DNA of 64,000 nucleotides from Octopus bimaculoides (GCF_001194135.2 NC_068999.1:13928670-13992669), one strand, 5' to 3'; shown: positions 1 to 15,174, numbered from the stretch's first letter. Numbers and translations: made by a program. The notes: generated from the sequence alone by a model not told the origin.

Positions 1-1559
1 TAAATCAAGTAGTAAGTGTTTGTGTCCGCTTTACGTCTAAGGTCAGTGGCTGTAGAAATATTTTTACCGATGTGGTTATGAGCGTGTAGATACTCGTGAA
101 AGGAAAAACCAGATGAATGTTAATTTTTTTTAGGAAGAATGTTACTACTAAAGATCAGGGGATTGAATAGGAAGAATCTTTGTAAGAATTTCCATAAACT
201 CTCATGTAAACTTAACACCACACATAACACTCACATGCCTACATCCACGGTCGTTTATAGATACACTTTTATATCTTTTCTATCAAACGTAGTAACTTAG
301 AAGATAACTGTTAATTCTTTAATTTATTTTAAAACCATAATCTCTTAAATCCCGTAAGATTTAGTTATAAATTTCTTCCTGAATAATTTAAATTTCAAAT
401 GGTTTCTCCATTAAAGACTTTCTACACACTCATACACGCATAGCTAAAAATATTTCTATAACCACTGACCTGAGCTATAAACAGATAAACACACTTACTA
501 CTTGTTTTCCTCCCCAAACCCTAAAAAAACTACCATTTAAGATTTGATCGTCTCACTAATCTCAGCATTTTTAAGTGTACGTGTCGCTATTCATCTTTTA
601 TTGATACGTACATTCCTAGCAAATTATTATGGGGAGAAAAATTAAACTCGTATTTCGGGAAGACAGAAATCGTAAATGAGAAATTTCGGAGGTAATGCAT
701 ATGCATATAAGGTATCTGTTGAATAGGTACTTACAGCAATAATACAAGTTATCTTAAGGAACGCAACGCAGTGGTAACAAAGCACGGTGTGTGCATGAGT
801 GAAAATCAAATATTTTATATATATATATATATATNNNNNNNNNNNNNNNNNNNNNNNNNNNNNNNNNNNNNNNNNNNNNNNNNNNNNNATACATGCATGT
901 ATGTGTATGTGCATATGACTAGGTTTCTGTATCTTTGTATGTATGTATAAATCATTCATTTTAAAGCATGTCCTATTTAACCCCATCATTGCGACTTTAC
1001 TTGAAGACAAATTCTACGTATTTCTTTTCCACGTATAGAGAGAAATGTAAGATTTGGACATGTGTACATTTCTTAATGTTGGTAATAATGTATTTTCATT
1101 CAAGTCGTACATTGCAATATAGTTAAGTAACTACACGTTGCATTCTATCCTTGTCTCCGTCTATCAAACACGCATAATTTAAATATTATATACTACCTAA
1201 ATCTCAACTTCAGACGTAAGAAAATGTCTCCATATCTCAAATTTCCCATAATTTATGTTCACTTCAGTGTTTCATTTGCACATTCTATATCTTATCCAGG
1301 AGAATGAAATATACATTTAAGATCTTTCAGATACGGACGCTGAATATTACGAGTTAATCTAAAATTTCCAGGCAGTTTGCCTGGTGATCTGATAATTTTG
1401 GCCTACTATACTGCTAAAATATGAAACTCACCAGCGGATAATCCACACACAATGCACCTCAGTGTTGCCAGTGTCGTTTATAACAATAAATCCACGACCA
1501 ACTGGTATTTGAGTACGTGTTTGATAAGAAAAAAATTGATTTGAAATTGTAACAAACTG

Positions 1560-2053
1560 TGAACACTGAGTGCATACTAACCAGTGAAGAGGCACGCACC
1601 GTTGGTGGACTCATGTGCGTATGATGAAAGACCATCTATCTGGCAACAGGACTTTGCAATATGTCACGCTAGCAAGGGGACACTGTAATGGCTGTTAGAA
1701 ATTTCTGCGACCACTTCACCCCTAATATTTGGCCACCTAATTATCCAATTAGCCTTCATTATTATGTGTGGGGCGCAGTCGAGCAAGCGAACAACAAAAC
1801 TCCTTCTAACAGTAAAGATGCGATGAAGGCAAGAAATATGGCAGAATTCACCAACATATACAAGGAAACCGTCCAGGAGATTTGCAGAAGATTCTAATGT
1901 CGGCTGGAGACCGTGGCGATTTTATTGGATAAATTCATTATTTTTTATTTCAAGATTTTTTTATGTAATTTTAGTAAATATATATCTGATAAAATGAAAT
2001 GTCAATTACTTTCATTTTGTGTCATTTAGACGACAGTTTATTCACCGCACCTT
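1560..2053 (+). mobile_element. Degraded Tc1/mariner-superfamily transposase C-terminal part (maT/DD37D-like) plus 3' end
   Basis: Across a stop and frameshift it reads IWQQDFAICHASKGTL*WL.. then NFCDHFTPNIWPPNYP..HYYVWGAVEQANNKTPSNSKDAMKA...ETVQEICRRF*CRLE. This matches the WQQDxAPxH and WPPxSPDLNPLDYxVW catalytic-region motifs. Confidence 0.8.
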
Positions 2054-3294
2054 GAATACATACATATATACAGAAACACACACACATATTACACCCCTCC
2101 NNNNNNNNNNNNCCCCCCCCATATATATATATATATGTATACACCTTCCTACACACAGGTGTACATTTTTATATCTTCCATATTATATTATACTACATAT
2201 ATTCATATACATATTTCGATGTATTTATGGTCTTTTGCTTAGACACACATATTTACGTATCTACGCTGTTAAAATTACAGCTCTATTCAATTCTCCACCA
2301 TATGCTGACAAACTGATAACCTTAAAAATGAATTTTAAACTATAATAATGCGACGCAGAGAGAAAATACAAAAAAGTTCAAATATAAGCCGAAGATTCTA
2401 AAAGTCAAATCATCGTCCTAGTTTCATTGACTTATCTCCGTTACTGTTAGTATATATTTCCAAAGCATGTACCTAAAACCTAAGAGAGGAATTGAAATGT
2501 CCTAATTACATTATCATTCAACAAGTCTCCACAATATTCAAAATATCCAGTGCAATTTTTTTATCGATTTCGTTAGTATTACTTTATCGACATATCATAA
2601 TATTTGAATATACATTCTTATATTTATTACTTTTTCCTGTACATAATATTGAAACTCGTTTTTATATTTTACTATTAACTGTCAAGTTTTGCTTTATATT
2701 AAAGGAGAAAAAAAAATAATATGGCGCCAAGGAAATATATGATAAGCAACGCTATACATATTAATTGCGATACTGTAACGGTAACACGTAATTTTCAAAT
2801 AGGACGTGATGATCACGAATCTCCAAGTAAGCATATTTATGTNNNNNNNNNNNNNNNNNNNNNNNNNNNNNNNNNNNNNNNNNNNNNNNNNNNNNNNNNN
2901 NNNNNNNNNNNNNNNNNNNNNNNNNNNNNNNNNNNNNNNNNNNNNNNNNNNNNNNNNNNNNNNNNNNNNNNNNNNNNNNNNNNNNNNNNNNNNNNNNNNN
3001 NNNNNNNNNNNNNNNNNNNNNNNNNNNNNNNNNNNNNNNNNNNNNNNNNNNNNNNNNNNNNNNNNNNNNNNNNNNNNNAAGGGGGGGGGGCTGATATAAA
3101 TCCATAAATGTTAAATATAATTTTATATATATATATATATATATTGCAGTCAAAATATTATGTAATATATTTGCGAAGATTCATATATTTCTTGATAAAT
3201 GTGAATTTCGACAACAGAAATATTTCAGTCTCTTATCTGCAAATATATAAATGTAAGCACGAGTATATAAATGCGTATAACTATATGCATGCAG

Positions 3295-3334
<40 letters not shown>

Positions 3335-3924
3335 ATACATATACACGCATACACTCATATACATACATGTATATGCATATGAGCGTGTGTGTTTGCGTGA
3401 ACGAATATAGACGAATAGATGATATTTATATATCACAATAGATAAAGAGACACATGAAGGACAATTGATGAATAATATACAGCAAGCAGACGGGACACAA
3501 ATGCATTGGAAATGAATGTACCTAAGTATATACTATAAAAATGTGTACATTATCTTGTCTAGTTTTATAGAATTAATAAGGTTCCAATATTTTCCCATGT
3601 ACACTTTATCAGAGAAAAATATAAGCAATAAAACAGGGATATGGGACAGAAATGAGATGCACAATTTTATGTCTCTCTGGTCTACTGTGCTAGTCTAAAG
3701 TACATTTGGATTCTGATGTAGATTGACAGGATGTGTAAACACTGCCGTAATACAATCATTGTGGATGAACAATTATTCGGGTACCATAAAGAATGTGGAA
3801 AATGATGATACATTTAGGTTAATTATTATATGTATGGTAAACAAAAATGAGAAATAGTGTATAATGCTGTGCCGCTGTTATTATTGACTTATAGTCCATT
3901 TATTTAAAAATGTGTATATATTCT

Positions 3925-3967
<43 letters not shown>

Positions 3968-3977
3968 NNNNNNNNNN

Positions 3978-4021
<44 letters not shown>

Positions 4022-4689
4022 GACACGCGGACAAAAAATACATACACACATATGTGCGCATAAATTGTAAGAACGAACACACAAACATACATATACACAT
4101 AAATGCTCACACCTATACGCACACAAATCCAAACATTCACACACACATACACATGTTTTTCCATGTGTGAGTGACTGTGTAGTTGTTTGAAAATATATTA
4201 TTACAAATGTGCGAGTACACATGTACGTATTCATGTACAATTTTGTGTCAGCCTATGGATGTATTCACGTACCAGTTGTCGAGTGTATGGTGAAAACATT
4301 GTCCTCAATAAATGCTATAGAGAACGTGTGTGGGCATATATGTATTTATGTAGAAATATTCTTAAGTGTTGGACTGCTTGCAGTGAAAGTTATGTGAAAT
4401 TATATAAGTTGCCAAAGCATATGTTGTATGATCGTTATTTTACACGTAATAGAATGAAAGGAAAAAACATTAATTTATTGACTTCTTAAAATATCGGTAT
4501 GAGGGCAAGATTGAATATTTTCAAATGCGTGTATGTATATCAGTCGTTTCTTGTGTAAACATAGAAAGGAAATTATTGCCTTGTGTACATGTGTAAAATA
4601 TTGAATTTATTTCTGATATGACTATGTAGATTTGTTATGGAATTAAATGTTGCTGAAAAGTTTGTGAATTTAAATTTATCGCGAATACA

Positions 4690-4855
4690 CTGGCTGGAGG
4701 CCACACTTTCCAAATTCTTTTGCAAATCTTTGAAAGACTGAAAGACTGCTTCAAAACATGTGTGAATCTGAGAGAGGAATATCTTGAGAATATAATGCTG
4801 TTCCTCGTATATTTTGTTTTACCTAAAGCCATGAACTTTTCAACACCAACTCGTA
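4690..4855 (+). mobile_element. mariner 3'-terminal remnant with TIR end
   Basis: QIFERLKDCFKTCVNLREEYLENI resembles a mariner C-terminus (..RWxKCVxxxGxYFE). It is followed by AACTTTTCAACACCAACTCGTA, a mariner-type TIR end with TA. Confidence 0.55.
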
Positions 4856-5930
4856 ATATCATTTTTCTGTCGTGTGTAAGAATAGCTAATATATATATTA
4901 GTGTGTATATTTCAATGCGTCATTTCTGTGTGGTTATGTGGAATATCATGATGTTCTAGTGTATGCGCATGCTCTGCTCAGTACAACGGTGAGAGTGATA
5001 AGAGGAAAGTAGCTTTTAAGTCTAATAACAGTTGTATGTGTAGAATATCTGTAATATAATGAGTGAAGAAGTGTGGAACTGTGTCCACAAAATTTTTTAC
5101 GCCACGTTATTTAAAACAGTCCTGTTACTTTGAAAAAAATATAAATAAATATTAAATAGCTTTTAAACTATGAAGTGTATTTGTATATTAAACATAAATT
5201 ATAATGCTTGGTATTACAAGATTCGCTTCTGTTTTAAATGTCAACTGCCGTCTGAACTCAATATATAAACAAATAGCATTTTCTTCGCGTTCGTATAAAA
5301 ATATAATACAGCGAGAAAAAAAAAAGTTGGTTTTAACCGTATTACATAATGAAAAAAAAATAACAACATTCCTTAAGTACACAATTAAGTATTAAAGTTG
5401 TGTTAGACTGCTGTTATGCTGGAGTACCAACAGAAAATTATTTGGTCAATAATATCATTTCCATTACTATTTCTGCATGCCTTATTTTATCGATCTAAGT
5501 CATTTACGAAAATAATAACTGCGACAAATGAAAAGGGTGTCTACTAAGAAATTATTTCTGTCTAGAAAGAAATTTTATGGTAATGAGAATCGTTCATTAC
5601 TCTATTTTAATTGAAACGTGTTTAAGTTTCTTTTTAATTGATAGGAAAGTGACACCAGAAACATTTAAGAAGAATCTAAATTAATATACTTAAAACTCAA
5701 CTCTTCATATTGGTTAAACTAATTCCTTAATTTACAACACCGCATTATTTTCAAACTCACTCACCATTTTCCCTTGAAACTCTCAACATTTTTCCAACTT
5801 ACGATATGGTCATTTTTAAATGCATCATGGCTTATTTTACTGATTACATAATACATTATAACAGAGTCTTTGTTCAAGTAATGTGCATATAGTCAATTTA
5901 GCTTATAATTTATGCATCATATACATATAC

Positions 5931-5967
<37 letters not shown>

Positions 5968-6249
5968 NNNNNNNNNNNNNNNNNNNNNNNNNNNNNNNNN
6001 NNNNNNNNNNNNNNNNNNNNNNNNNNNNNNNNNNNNNNNNNNNNNNNNNNNNNNNNNNNNNNNNNNNNNNNNNNNNNNNNNNNNNNNNNNNNNNNNNNNN
6101 NNNNNNNNNNNNNNNNNNNNNNNNNNNNNNNNNNNNNNNNNNNNNNNNNNNNNNNNNNNNNNNNNNNNNNNNNNNNNNNNNNNNNNNNNNNNNNNNNNNN
6201 NNTGTGTGTGTGTAGAAAAGAAGAAAGTTTGCCAATGTTTTATAAATAC

Positions 6250-6650
6250 AAGGGATAGTTTTATTCATCAACGTATGCACCCATATTGCCAATACTACGT
6301 TGCATTTCAGCAGTAGCCTCTCCAGCCAGAATTATAAATGCTTAGCAATCTAGTGTCAATAAAATCTTGGAAAGCGTGTTTTACTGCAGAGTCGGAATTA
6401 CATTTGTTTTTGTCAAAATGTTATCCAAATTCTGGAAGAAGTGGTAGTCAGTAGGGGCAAGATCAGGTGAATGTGGTGGATGATGGAGAACTTCCAACTC
6501 CAACTCCTGTAGTTTTGCCAATGCTCTTGTTGTAATGTTTGTTCTGGCATTGTCTTGGAATAAAATAGGAGATTGATCCGACTCGACGGTGGCTTTCACT
6601 TCGCCATCATCTGCCTTTGTTTGTGGTAGACCGCGTTGCTGATATCTGAG
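6250..6650 (-). mobile_element. Degraded mariner transposase C-terminal half
   Basis: ORF 6381-6599 reads ILFQDNARTNITTRALAKLQELELEVLHHPPHSPDLAPTDYHFFQNLDNIL, the mariner HDNARPH and YSPDLAPxD motifs. The frameshifted continuation reads SDSAVKHAFQDFIDTR. Confidence 0.9.
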
Positions 6651-8407
6651 GTCTGAATTATCAGAACGAAACTTTACTAACCCGCTTTATAATGTATGAC
6701 GTGTAATAACATTCGAATTAATATTCCCAGTTGTCTGTGATGCTGCATTTCCGAGACATTGAAAAAATATGAATTTCCGACTCATCCATCTCTAAACAAA
6801 AACATCAAAAGCGATTTATAAATACTTTATAAAGCGTAAAGTGAGTTAGAATAGAGAAATAAATGTGTCGAAATACAATAATGGTGTAAACTATGGAGCT
6901 GTCACATTTTACCATATACCTTACTACACATTTCATACTCGATGTCCTAATAGATATACATATGTATATATATATATATATATATNNNNNNNNNNNNNNN
7001 NNNNNNNNNNNNNNNNNNNNNNNNNNNNNNNNNNNNNNNNNNNNNNNNNNNNNNNNNNNNNNNNNNNNNNNNNNNNNNNNNNNNNNNNNNNNNNNNNNNN
7101 NNNNNNNNNNNNNNNNNNNNNNNNNNNNNNNNNNNNNNNNNNNNNNNNNNNNNNNNNNNNNNNNNNNNNNNNNNNNNNNNNNNNNNNNNNNNNNNNNNNN
7201 NNNNNNNNNNNNNNNNNNNNNNNNNNNNNNNNNNNNNNNNNNNNNNNNNNNNNNNNNNNNNNNNNNNNNNNNNNNNNNNNNNNNNNNNNNNNNNNNNNNN
7301 NNNNNNNNNNNNNNNNNNNNNNNNNNNNNNNNNNNNNNNNNNNNNNNNNNNNNNNNNNNNNNNNNNNNNNNNNNNNNNNNNNNNNNNNNNNNNNNNNNNN
7401 NNNNNNNNTATGCATGTGTGTGTGTGTGTATGTGTGTGTGTGTGTGTGCGTGCGTGATATGTATCTCTGTTTGTGTATGCATACACATAAATGCATATCT
7501 ACAGCTGCCTGCACACACACACGTACATACATAAGTTTATGTTTAAATTATTAAATTGGATTTGTCGTGTACACAATACTGATTTCAAATAGTTAAACCT
7601 GTGTTATTCTATATATTTGAATGATTCATATTTGAAATTATTATGTTAACTATTATTTGTTTTGGGTTTTTTGTGTTTGTTTTTTGTCTATATTATATTG
7701 CAAGACGAATTTCTGAAACCTGAAGTAGAAAGCAAATATTTTGTTTAAAAATCATTCCGAAAACTTCAACCAGACATTTTACATTTTATTTTTGCTCATG
7801 AAAATACAAATACAACATTTTGCGAAATATCACTTTAGAAAGATTTCATTTGAATTGGAGAATGTAAACACATGTCATTGAATGCATCCAGACTTTATGC
7901 AGTGTGAATTGTTTAATATAACACATTTTGTAGAATATTCCGAGGGTAAGGTCCCCAATGATTTGGATATCGTCGTTAAAGTTGTGAATGATGAAAAGAG
8001 GATAACCTTTAAGGTATTAATTTCAAATTGGAGCAAATGGTAGCTAATATCAAGTCGAGGGCTTGTGAGTTTTACAGAAGAGCAAGGATGACATGTAAAG
8101 TCAACCACAAAGGAATTTTAACTGAAAGCGAAATTCCACTACGCATTCTGCCCAGTTTGATGGCGATACTGCAACTACGCCGCCTGAAGGGCTTGCAAAA
8201 TATTAATTGCTATATTTTGGCAATTATTGCATAGTTGCATGTATCAAAGTATTTAAACATATAAACTAGTCCTTGCATACTGCGCATCAGTATATCTTTA
8301 ATCTGTCACTATTCATTTATCTCTCTCTATCTCTGTCTATATATCAATATATATATATTTATATACACACACGCACTCATATATAGACATTGATAACGTG
8401 TAGGCTC

Positions 8408-8945
8408 ACTGTAATTCGTTATGCAACGATAATATGCTACAACTCTATAGGAATGGTTGATTTTTATATAAGTCATTACCATATACTACTCTGTTAGAAG
8501 CAGTGCACTGACATCACGTGTTAAGTTCACCTCTTCAAATGTTCTATAGAACGTATAGCAAGCAATGATTTCGTTACGACTTTTCGTATACTAGACGTCA
8601 AGTGTAAGTAAATGGTAATGGGTGTTTATGCCATGTTTCGTGAGTTTTTTTCTTTTCTACTTTCTCAACACCTATCTAAGCCCGAATCATCCAGAAGCTC
8701 ATTGCTTAAATAAGTACTAAATATAACAGTGTAATGTTATTTGATATACCAATTTTACATACGAAACTTATTCTTGGAATTTGGTGCGTAAACATCAATG
8801 GTTTGTGTGCTCACTGTATTTCGTTACGCAAACATAATACGTTACACAGTTTAACAAACGTTTTTAAGCTTTTAAGTCCTTAGCTTTTAAAAAATAATGT
8901 CTTATATAAGTTGTAGCATATTATGGTTGCGTAACAAAATACCGT
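8408..8945. repeat. Three copies of a 35-bp motif (two direct, one inverted)
   Basis: 8408-8442 (+) actgtaattcgttatgcaacgataatatgctacaa; 8813-8847 (+) actgtatttcgttacgcaaacataatacgttacac; 8911-8945 (-) acggtattttgttacgcaaccataatatgctacaa. The + copies match the inverted copy at 30/35 and 29/35 positions. Confidence 0.85.
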
Positions 8946-9672
8946 ATGTCTGCCTTCCAGGAATGTTCTTAATATGTATTCTGGTATAGCTTAGAACGTT
9001 ACAAAGCAATATGTAGTGGCTATTTAAACGATGAGTTTGTAACTGATTTAACGGTTGGATGAGTGATAACGAAGGAGCAAAACTACAGAAATATGGCATA
9101 TACACACGTTACCCACGTTTTCGTGTTCGATTTCATTGTATGCGTCTGCCGTCTCGGTTACGAAACGTCGTACCTAAATCGCTAGGTGATATGTCAATAG
9201 AAATTATGTAGAGGTGAGCTTCACACGAGATATAGTAAGATGTGTGTGTATACCCATATGTGTGTTTGTGTACGTGTATATGTATGTTTGACTGTATATA
9301 TATATGAGTACATATAACTATATATATAGTGGCCCTAGAGAAAGGTGTGTGTAGTGTGGTAGAGACAGAGCGAAATAAATTTGATGTTTCACAGCATATC
9401 CGTCTTTTGTTTTTTGTAGAGAATATTTTTTTCAAACAGTTAGTTTAAGACACGAAAATCATGCATGATGCATATAGACTTCAGTATACATATATATATA
9501 TATATATATANNNNNNNNNNNNNNNNNNNNNNNNNNNNNNNNNNNNNNNNNNNNNNNNNNNNNNNNNNNNNNNNNNNNNNNNNNNNNNNNNNNNNNNNNN
9601 NNNNNNNNNNNNNNNNNNNNNNNNNNNNNNNNNNNNNNNNNNNNNNNNNNNNNNNNNNNNNNNNNNNNNNNN

Positions 9673-9707
<35 letters not shown>

Positions 9708-12700
9708 TGTGTGTGCGTATGTGTGTGTGTGTGTGTGTGTGAGTGTGTGTGAGTGTAAGTGTCTGTGGGTGTGAATAATAACGTATCTATCATAACATAG
9801 ATATACCCATCGTAATATGGTCGCGTAAGTTTCCGTGCATGTACATTTCTAACTCCAAGAAAAAAACCCTTTGATTTCCAGAATTGAAAAAAATAAACCT
9901 TGAGATATATCTAATGCCATCAAGAAATTTGCAATAATGAAACGATGTTCGTGGAACATTTAAGCACGGAATTCAATACTTGTTAATAAAATTTACTCTT
10001 GCACACTATTTCCTCTTTTAGAAACACTCTGCCTCTGTATATCCTACACTCCAATAATTTTGTTTTTGACTTCTATATAATGTAAACGTGTAAACACATC
10101 CACACAGTTAGAGACTTATTGATATTTATACATATAGCTATCTGTATCTCTCTCACCAAATATATATATGTGTGCGTATCTGTATCTGTGAGTCTGTGTT
10201 TGTGTGTGTATGTATGTATATATATATATATNNNNNNNNNNNNNNNNNNNNNNNNNNNNNNNNNNNNNNNNNNNNNNNNNNNNNNNNNNNNNNNNNNNNN
10301 NNNNNNNNNNNNNNNNNNNNNNNNNNNNNNNNNNNNNNNNNNNNNNNNNNNNNNNNNNNNNNNNNNNNNNNNNNNNNNNNNNNNNNNNNNNNNNNNNNNN
10401 NNNNNNNNNNNNNNNNNNNNNNNNNNNNNNNNNNNNNNNNNNNNNNNNNNNNNNNNNNNNNNNNNNNNNNNNNNNNNNNNNNNNNNNNNNNNNNNNNNNN
10501 NNNNNNNNNNNNNNNNNNNNNNNNNNNNNNNNNNNNNNNNNNNNNNNNNNNNNNNNNNNNNNNNNNNNNNNNNNNNNNNNNNNNNNNNNNNNNNNNNNNN
10601 NNNNNNNNNNNNNNNNNNNNNNNNNNNNNNNNNNNNNNNNNNNNNNNNNNNNNNNNNNNNNNNNNNNNNNNNNNNNNNNNNNNNNNNNNNNNNNNNNNNN
10701 NNNTATATTGATATGTATATATATATATCGACTGGTACGCACAGAAACACATGTCATTTGTTTTAATACATGAAATATATTATTCAGTCTCCAATAAATA
10801 TTTCCATATTTATTTACACGCTTTTATTTCCTGGTTTTATTTGTTTGTAATAAAATCAATACACCACACACACACGCATATACAAACACATACACACTCA
10901 CACACACCCACATAATATAAAATCTTAGAGCTTTTCCCACAAAATATATGTTTATTCCTATGTTTATTAATGCATATATTTATTTAGAGTTTTAATGGCG
11001 GTATTTAACTTACGTAGATCTCTATCAACAATAAAATGATATTTTGCAATTCCTGTCTGACATATTGAAATGGCGGATTTCGAACCTAATGCTATATTTC
11101 ACTGGGGTTAAACGTTTTTACAAATCTTAAAACGTGGTTTGTCTGTTTTTAATTTTCCGCTGCTTATCACCAGAACAAGATTCGTATTATATCGACATTG
11201 ATAACAATTATGATATTGAAAAATAAAACTAGTGTATTGCCCATCTTGTCAAATCTGCTTTCGCTCATGCTTTGGAAATAGATAAACTTATCTACCCAAC
11301 TTCTATTTTCTGATTATTTGTTTTGTTTGTTCGAGAGGGAACTAAAGTCGAAATATATGCCTCTTCACATTGTGTTTTGGTTCTAAAACTTGCGATGGCT
11401 TTGCAACTAATTTTAGCATCTGCCATCTGTAAGATATGTATTAATAAAGCAGGAGTCAAAATTTACTGATTTTATCGAACTGACCTTTTATTCGGTTTGT
11501 CACTTAAGAGTGATTACTTAGATATGAATGACATTGAGTTATCCTCCTGTATGTCTTAGGCAATGAACTTTGGGTTCCTGGTTTCGATACAATAGAAAAT
11601 CGGTTTATACATAGCCATCATAGTGTCTTCTCAACTACAAAAGGAAAACAAACAAAGATGATAGCAACAATGTAAACAACATACAGAACAACAATTTCAA
11701 ATTTGATCAACTAGTAGAGGAAAAAATAGCATAGCCAGAATATAAACGACATGAAAACTAACAGATTTAAAGTTACATAACTGTATTTACATAGTGAAGA
11801 ATACAATATAGACGAACATCACGTTGCAATCTTAATTTATAAGGCTGGATTTCAAAGGATGGGCAATCGCTTCCAGTTTGGCTGAGGATTAAACCTATTT
11901 AGAAGGAAAATATGTGTAAACCATGATTGACACTAGGCTGCGGCGATGCCTAAAGATGAATGACTGTAGAAGAACACCAGTTATGAAATTTCATATAACA
12001 AAAAGTCTGCAGCATCAGCAACAAATACAGCAGCATGAGTGGCAATAAGAATAAAGCTATCGTAGTAACATAAGGAAAACAGTACTTGTTTAACAGGAAT
12101 TATATCTATCCATCTATCTATCTATTTGCCTGTCTATCTGTCAGACTGTCTGTCTGTTTCCCTGTCTGTTAGTCAGTCTGTCTATATCAATAATTATTCA
12201 TATATTTGTGCATGTGGTTATATATATATATATATATATATATNNNNNNNNNNNNNNNNNNNNNNNNNNNNNNNNNNNNNNNNNNNNNNNNNNNNNNNNN
12301 NNNNNNNNTATACATATATATATATATTATGTATGTACTTGCTGTTGGACCTGGCGTTGCTCGTATTTTCCGTGTAGAAGTTAAGCCCACTTCTGACCTT
12401 GTATTGATATCTTCTACGATCCCCGTGCCAACTGTTATCCAATAATATATTTGGTTCCATTGAGCTCACAAGCATCGATGCTAAGTAGGCAGTATCGAGT
12501 TTTCGAAAAATTCCGGCCTTATTTGAACTTCAGGGCATGTGATATACCTATGTGCCAAACATCATTAAAATCAGTTGAATGGTGTGGGAAGAGATATAGT
12601 AACCCCAAACTCACAAACAGACAGACACCATTACACATTTATGTATATAGATTATATATATATATATATTTCTGTATATACGAAAACTGAAAGACAATTT

Positions 12701-15174
12701 CAATTATCTTCTCAGGGTCAGTTGTAATACAAAAAGAATATATATAATAAAAGAAATATGCACAATTTACATAGTTTTAATAGATTTTGAATGTAAGAGT
12801 GTTGTGGTTGTCGACGGGTTTCTCTTTCGCTAATCTTCCGATGCACTAGAGATGTTGGTCTTAATCGTGAACCTTTTTCCTTGTTTCAGTTGGAATTCCT
12901 AGTTTTCCAGTATGTTGGGGCATGTTATACATTTCCACATTTCTCATAATATTGTAATAAAAATCTGCATTGCGTGAGACATATTACGATGTCTTTCTCT
13001 TAAATTTACGCCATCAAATACCTGCGCACTAGGGTCACGACTGTGTGTTAAAGAACTTACAGAAAAGGTACACATAGATTATAATCATTTAGTAATATTT
13101 ATTTTAAATGTTGGCGTCATGTTCACACAGACTTTAGAAGCTGTTGGGTTTAACCCAATGTAAATTCTTTCTTTCATTAATATCTATGTCCCAGCTTCTA
13201 AAAATACTAATTATGACTGAACATAATAAGCGTTTATTTGGTAGGGAAGCATTTATAATGTTTATGTATGTCTTTTATTTTTGCTCCCATCGTTTCAACC
13301 ACATTGCGACGCGTTTACCTTCTTTCTCTCTTTATCTCTCGGATACTCCCTATGTCTTTCTCTTTTCTTTCATGTCCCTCCCCCCAATTATACATCATTT
13401 AATGCCTTCACATTTCATACGTGACTGCGTGTGGTGTATATATATAAACAACAAAATTGTGAGGAACACGAAGAGGAAGAGAAAGAAACAGGGAGTAACC
13501 GAGAGATAAAGACAGAAAGAAGGCAAAAACGTCGCAATTATTACTCGTTTTATATGTATATATATAAGTTATGTGAACTCGAATTTCACTGTTCATTTTT
13601 CTCTCAGTTTCGACCTACTTTATTTACACGAACATAAATAAAGACACACACGCGATCTCATTAATATATACACATGCATATATATTTATATGCACAACTG
13701 TATATATATATATATATATATATACAGGCAAATCCATATACACATGAGCATGCATATATGCACACATGTATGTGTATATATATATATATATACGTATACA
13801 TACATATGTATACATATACACATATACACAGATGTGTGTATGTATATGTGTGAGAGGGTGCGTGCATTTTTATAAATTGGGTTTACGGTCAAGTTTAACA
13901 TTATAGCTAGCATATATACATATATATATAATATATTATNNNNNNNNNNNNNNNNNNNNNNNNNNNNNNNNNNNNNNNNNNNNNNNNNNNNNNNNNNNNN
14001 NNNNNNNNNNNNNNNNNNNNNNNNNNNNNNNNNNNNNNNNNNNNNNNNNNNNNNNNNNNNNNNNNNNNNNNNNNNNNNNNNNNNNNNNNNNNNNNNNNNN
14101 NNNNNNNNNNNNNNNNNNNNNNNNNNNNNNNNNNNNNNNNNNNNNNNNNNNNNNNNNNNNNNNNNNNNNNNNNNNNNNNNNNNNNNNNNNNNNNNNNNNN
14201 NNNNNNNNNNNNNNNNNNNNNNNNNNNNNNNNNNNNNNNNNNNNNNNNNNNNNNNNNNNNNNNNNNNNNNNNNNNNNNNNNNNNNNNNNNNNNNNNNNNN
14301 NNNNNNNNNNNNNNNNNNNNNNNNNNNNNNNNNNNNNNNNNNNNNNNNNNNNNNNNNNNNNNNNNNNNNNNNNNNNNNNNNNNNNNNNNNNNNNNNNNNN
14401 NNNNNNNNNNNNNNNNNNNNNNNNNNNNNNNNNNNNNNNNNNNNNNNNNNNNNNNNNNNNNNNNNNNNNNNNNNNNNNNNNNNNNNNNNNNNNNNNNNNN
14501 NNNNNNNNNNNNNNNNNNNNNNNNNNNNNNNNNNNNNNNNNNNNNNNNNNNNNNNNNNNNNNNNNNNNNNNNNNNNNNNNNNNNNNNNNNNNNNNNNNNN
14601 NNNNNNNNNNNNNNNNNNNNNNNNNNNNNNNNNNNNNNNNNNNNNNNNNNNNNNNNNNNNNNNNNNNNNNNNNNNNNNNNNNNNNNNNNNNNNNNNNNNN
14701 NNNNNNNNNNNNNNNNNNNNNNNNNNNNNNNNNNNNNNNNNNNNNNNNNNNNNNNNNNNNNNNNNNNNNNNNNNNNNNNNNNNNNNNNNNNNNNNNNNNN
14801 NNNNNNNNNNNNNNNNNNNNNNNNNNNNNNNNNNNNNNNNNNNNNNNATATATATATATATATATACACATACATATGTGTACATATATATATACATGTG
14901 TATATATACATTTGTGCATATAAATATATATATGAGATGTGTGTGTGTTTGTGTGTATGTGTGTGCGTGCGTGTTTGTTTATGTCGGTATTAACACGGAG
15001 ATGCAAGTCGGAACTTAGAGAGAAATTAACAATGAAAGTGGAGTGTACACCACCTCGACTAACGCTAATATAGTAAATTAATAAATTCGTGGATAAATAT
15101 AGTTTTGTGTGGTATTCGTTTATGACTGTCCATATTTTTTTCTTTATTTGTTTCAGTTATATTACAATTATGAT

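Noticed and set aside
3730-8108. LRR-like snippets (IQSLWMNN near 3750, LDISYHLL near 8050)
   Set aside because: Neither fits LxxLxLxxN exactly, they lie on opposite strands, and they are likely chance matches.
8408-8945. Repeated 35-bp motif as a CRISPR array
   Set aside because: Only three copies, irregular spacing, mixed orientation, no cas genes, and a eukaryotic context.
11470-11634. Very strong minus-strand acceptor (tctttgtttgttttccttttgtag) suggesting a terminal exon
   Set aside because: All three frames stop within 10 codons and no upstream exon could be linked convincingly.
12218-12475. Chromodomain-like reading EPNILLDNSWHGDRRRYQYKVRSG on the minus strand
   Set aside because: It lacks the conserved KW and WEP residues, and there is no adjacent integrase.
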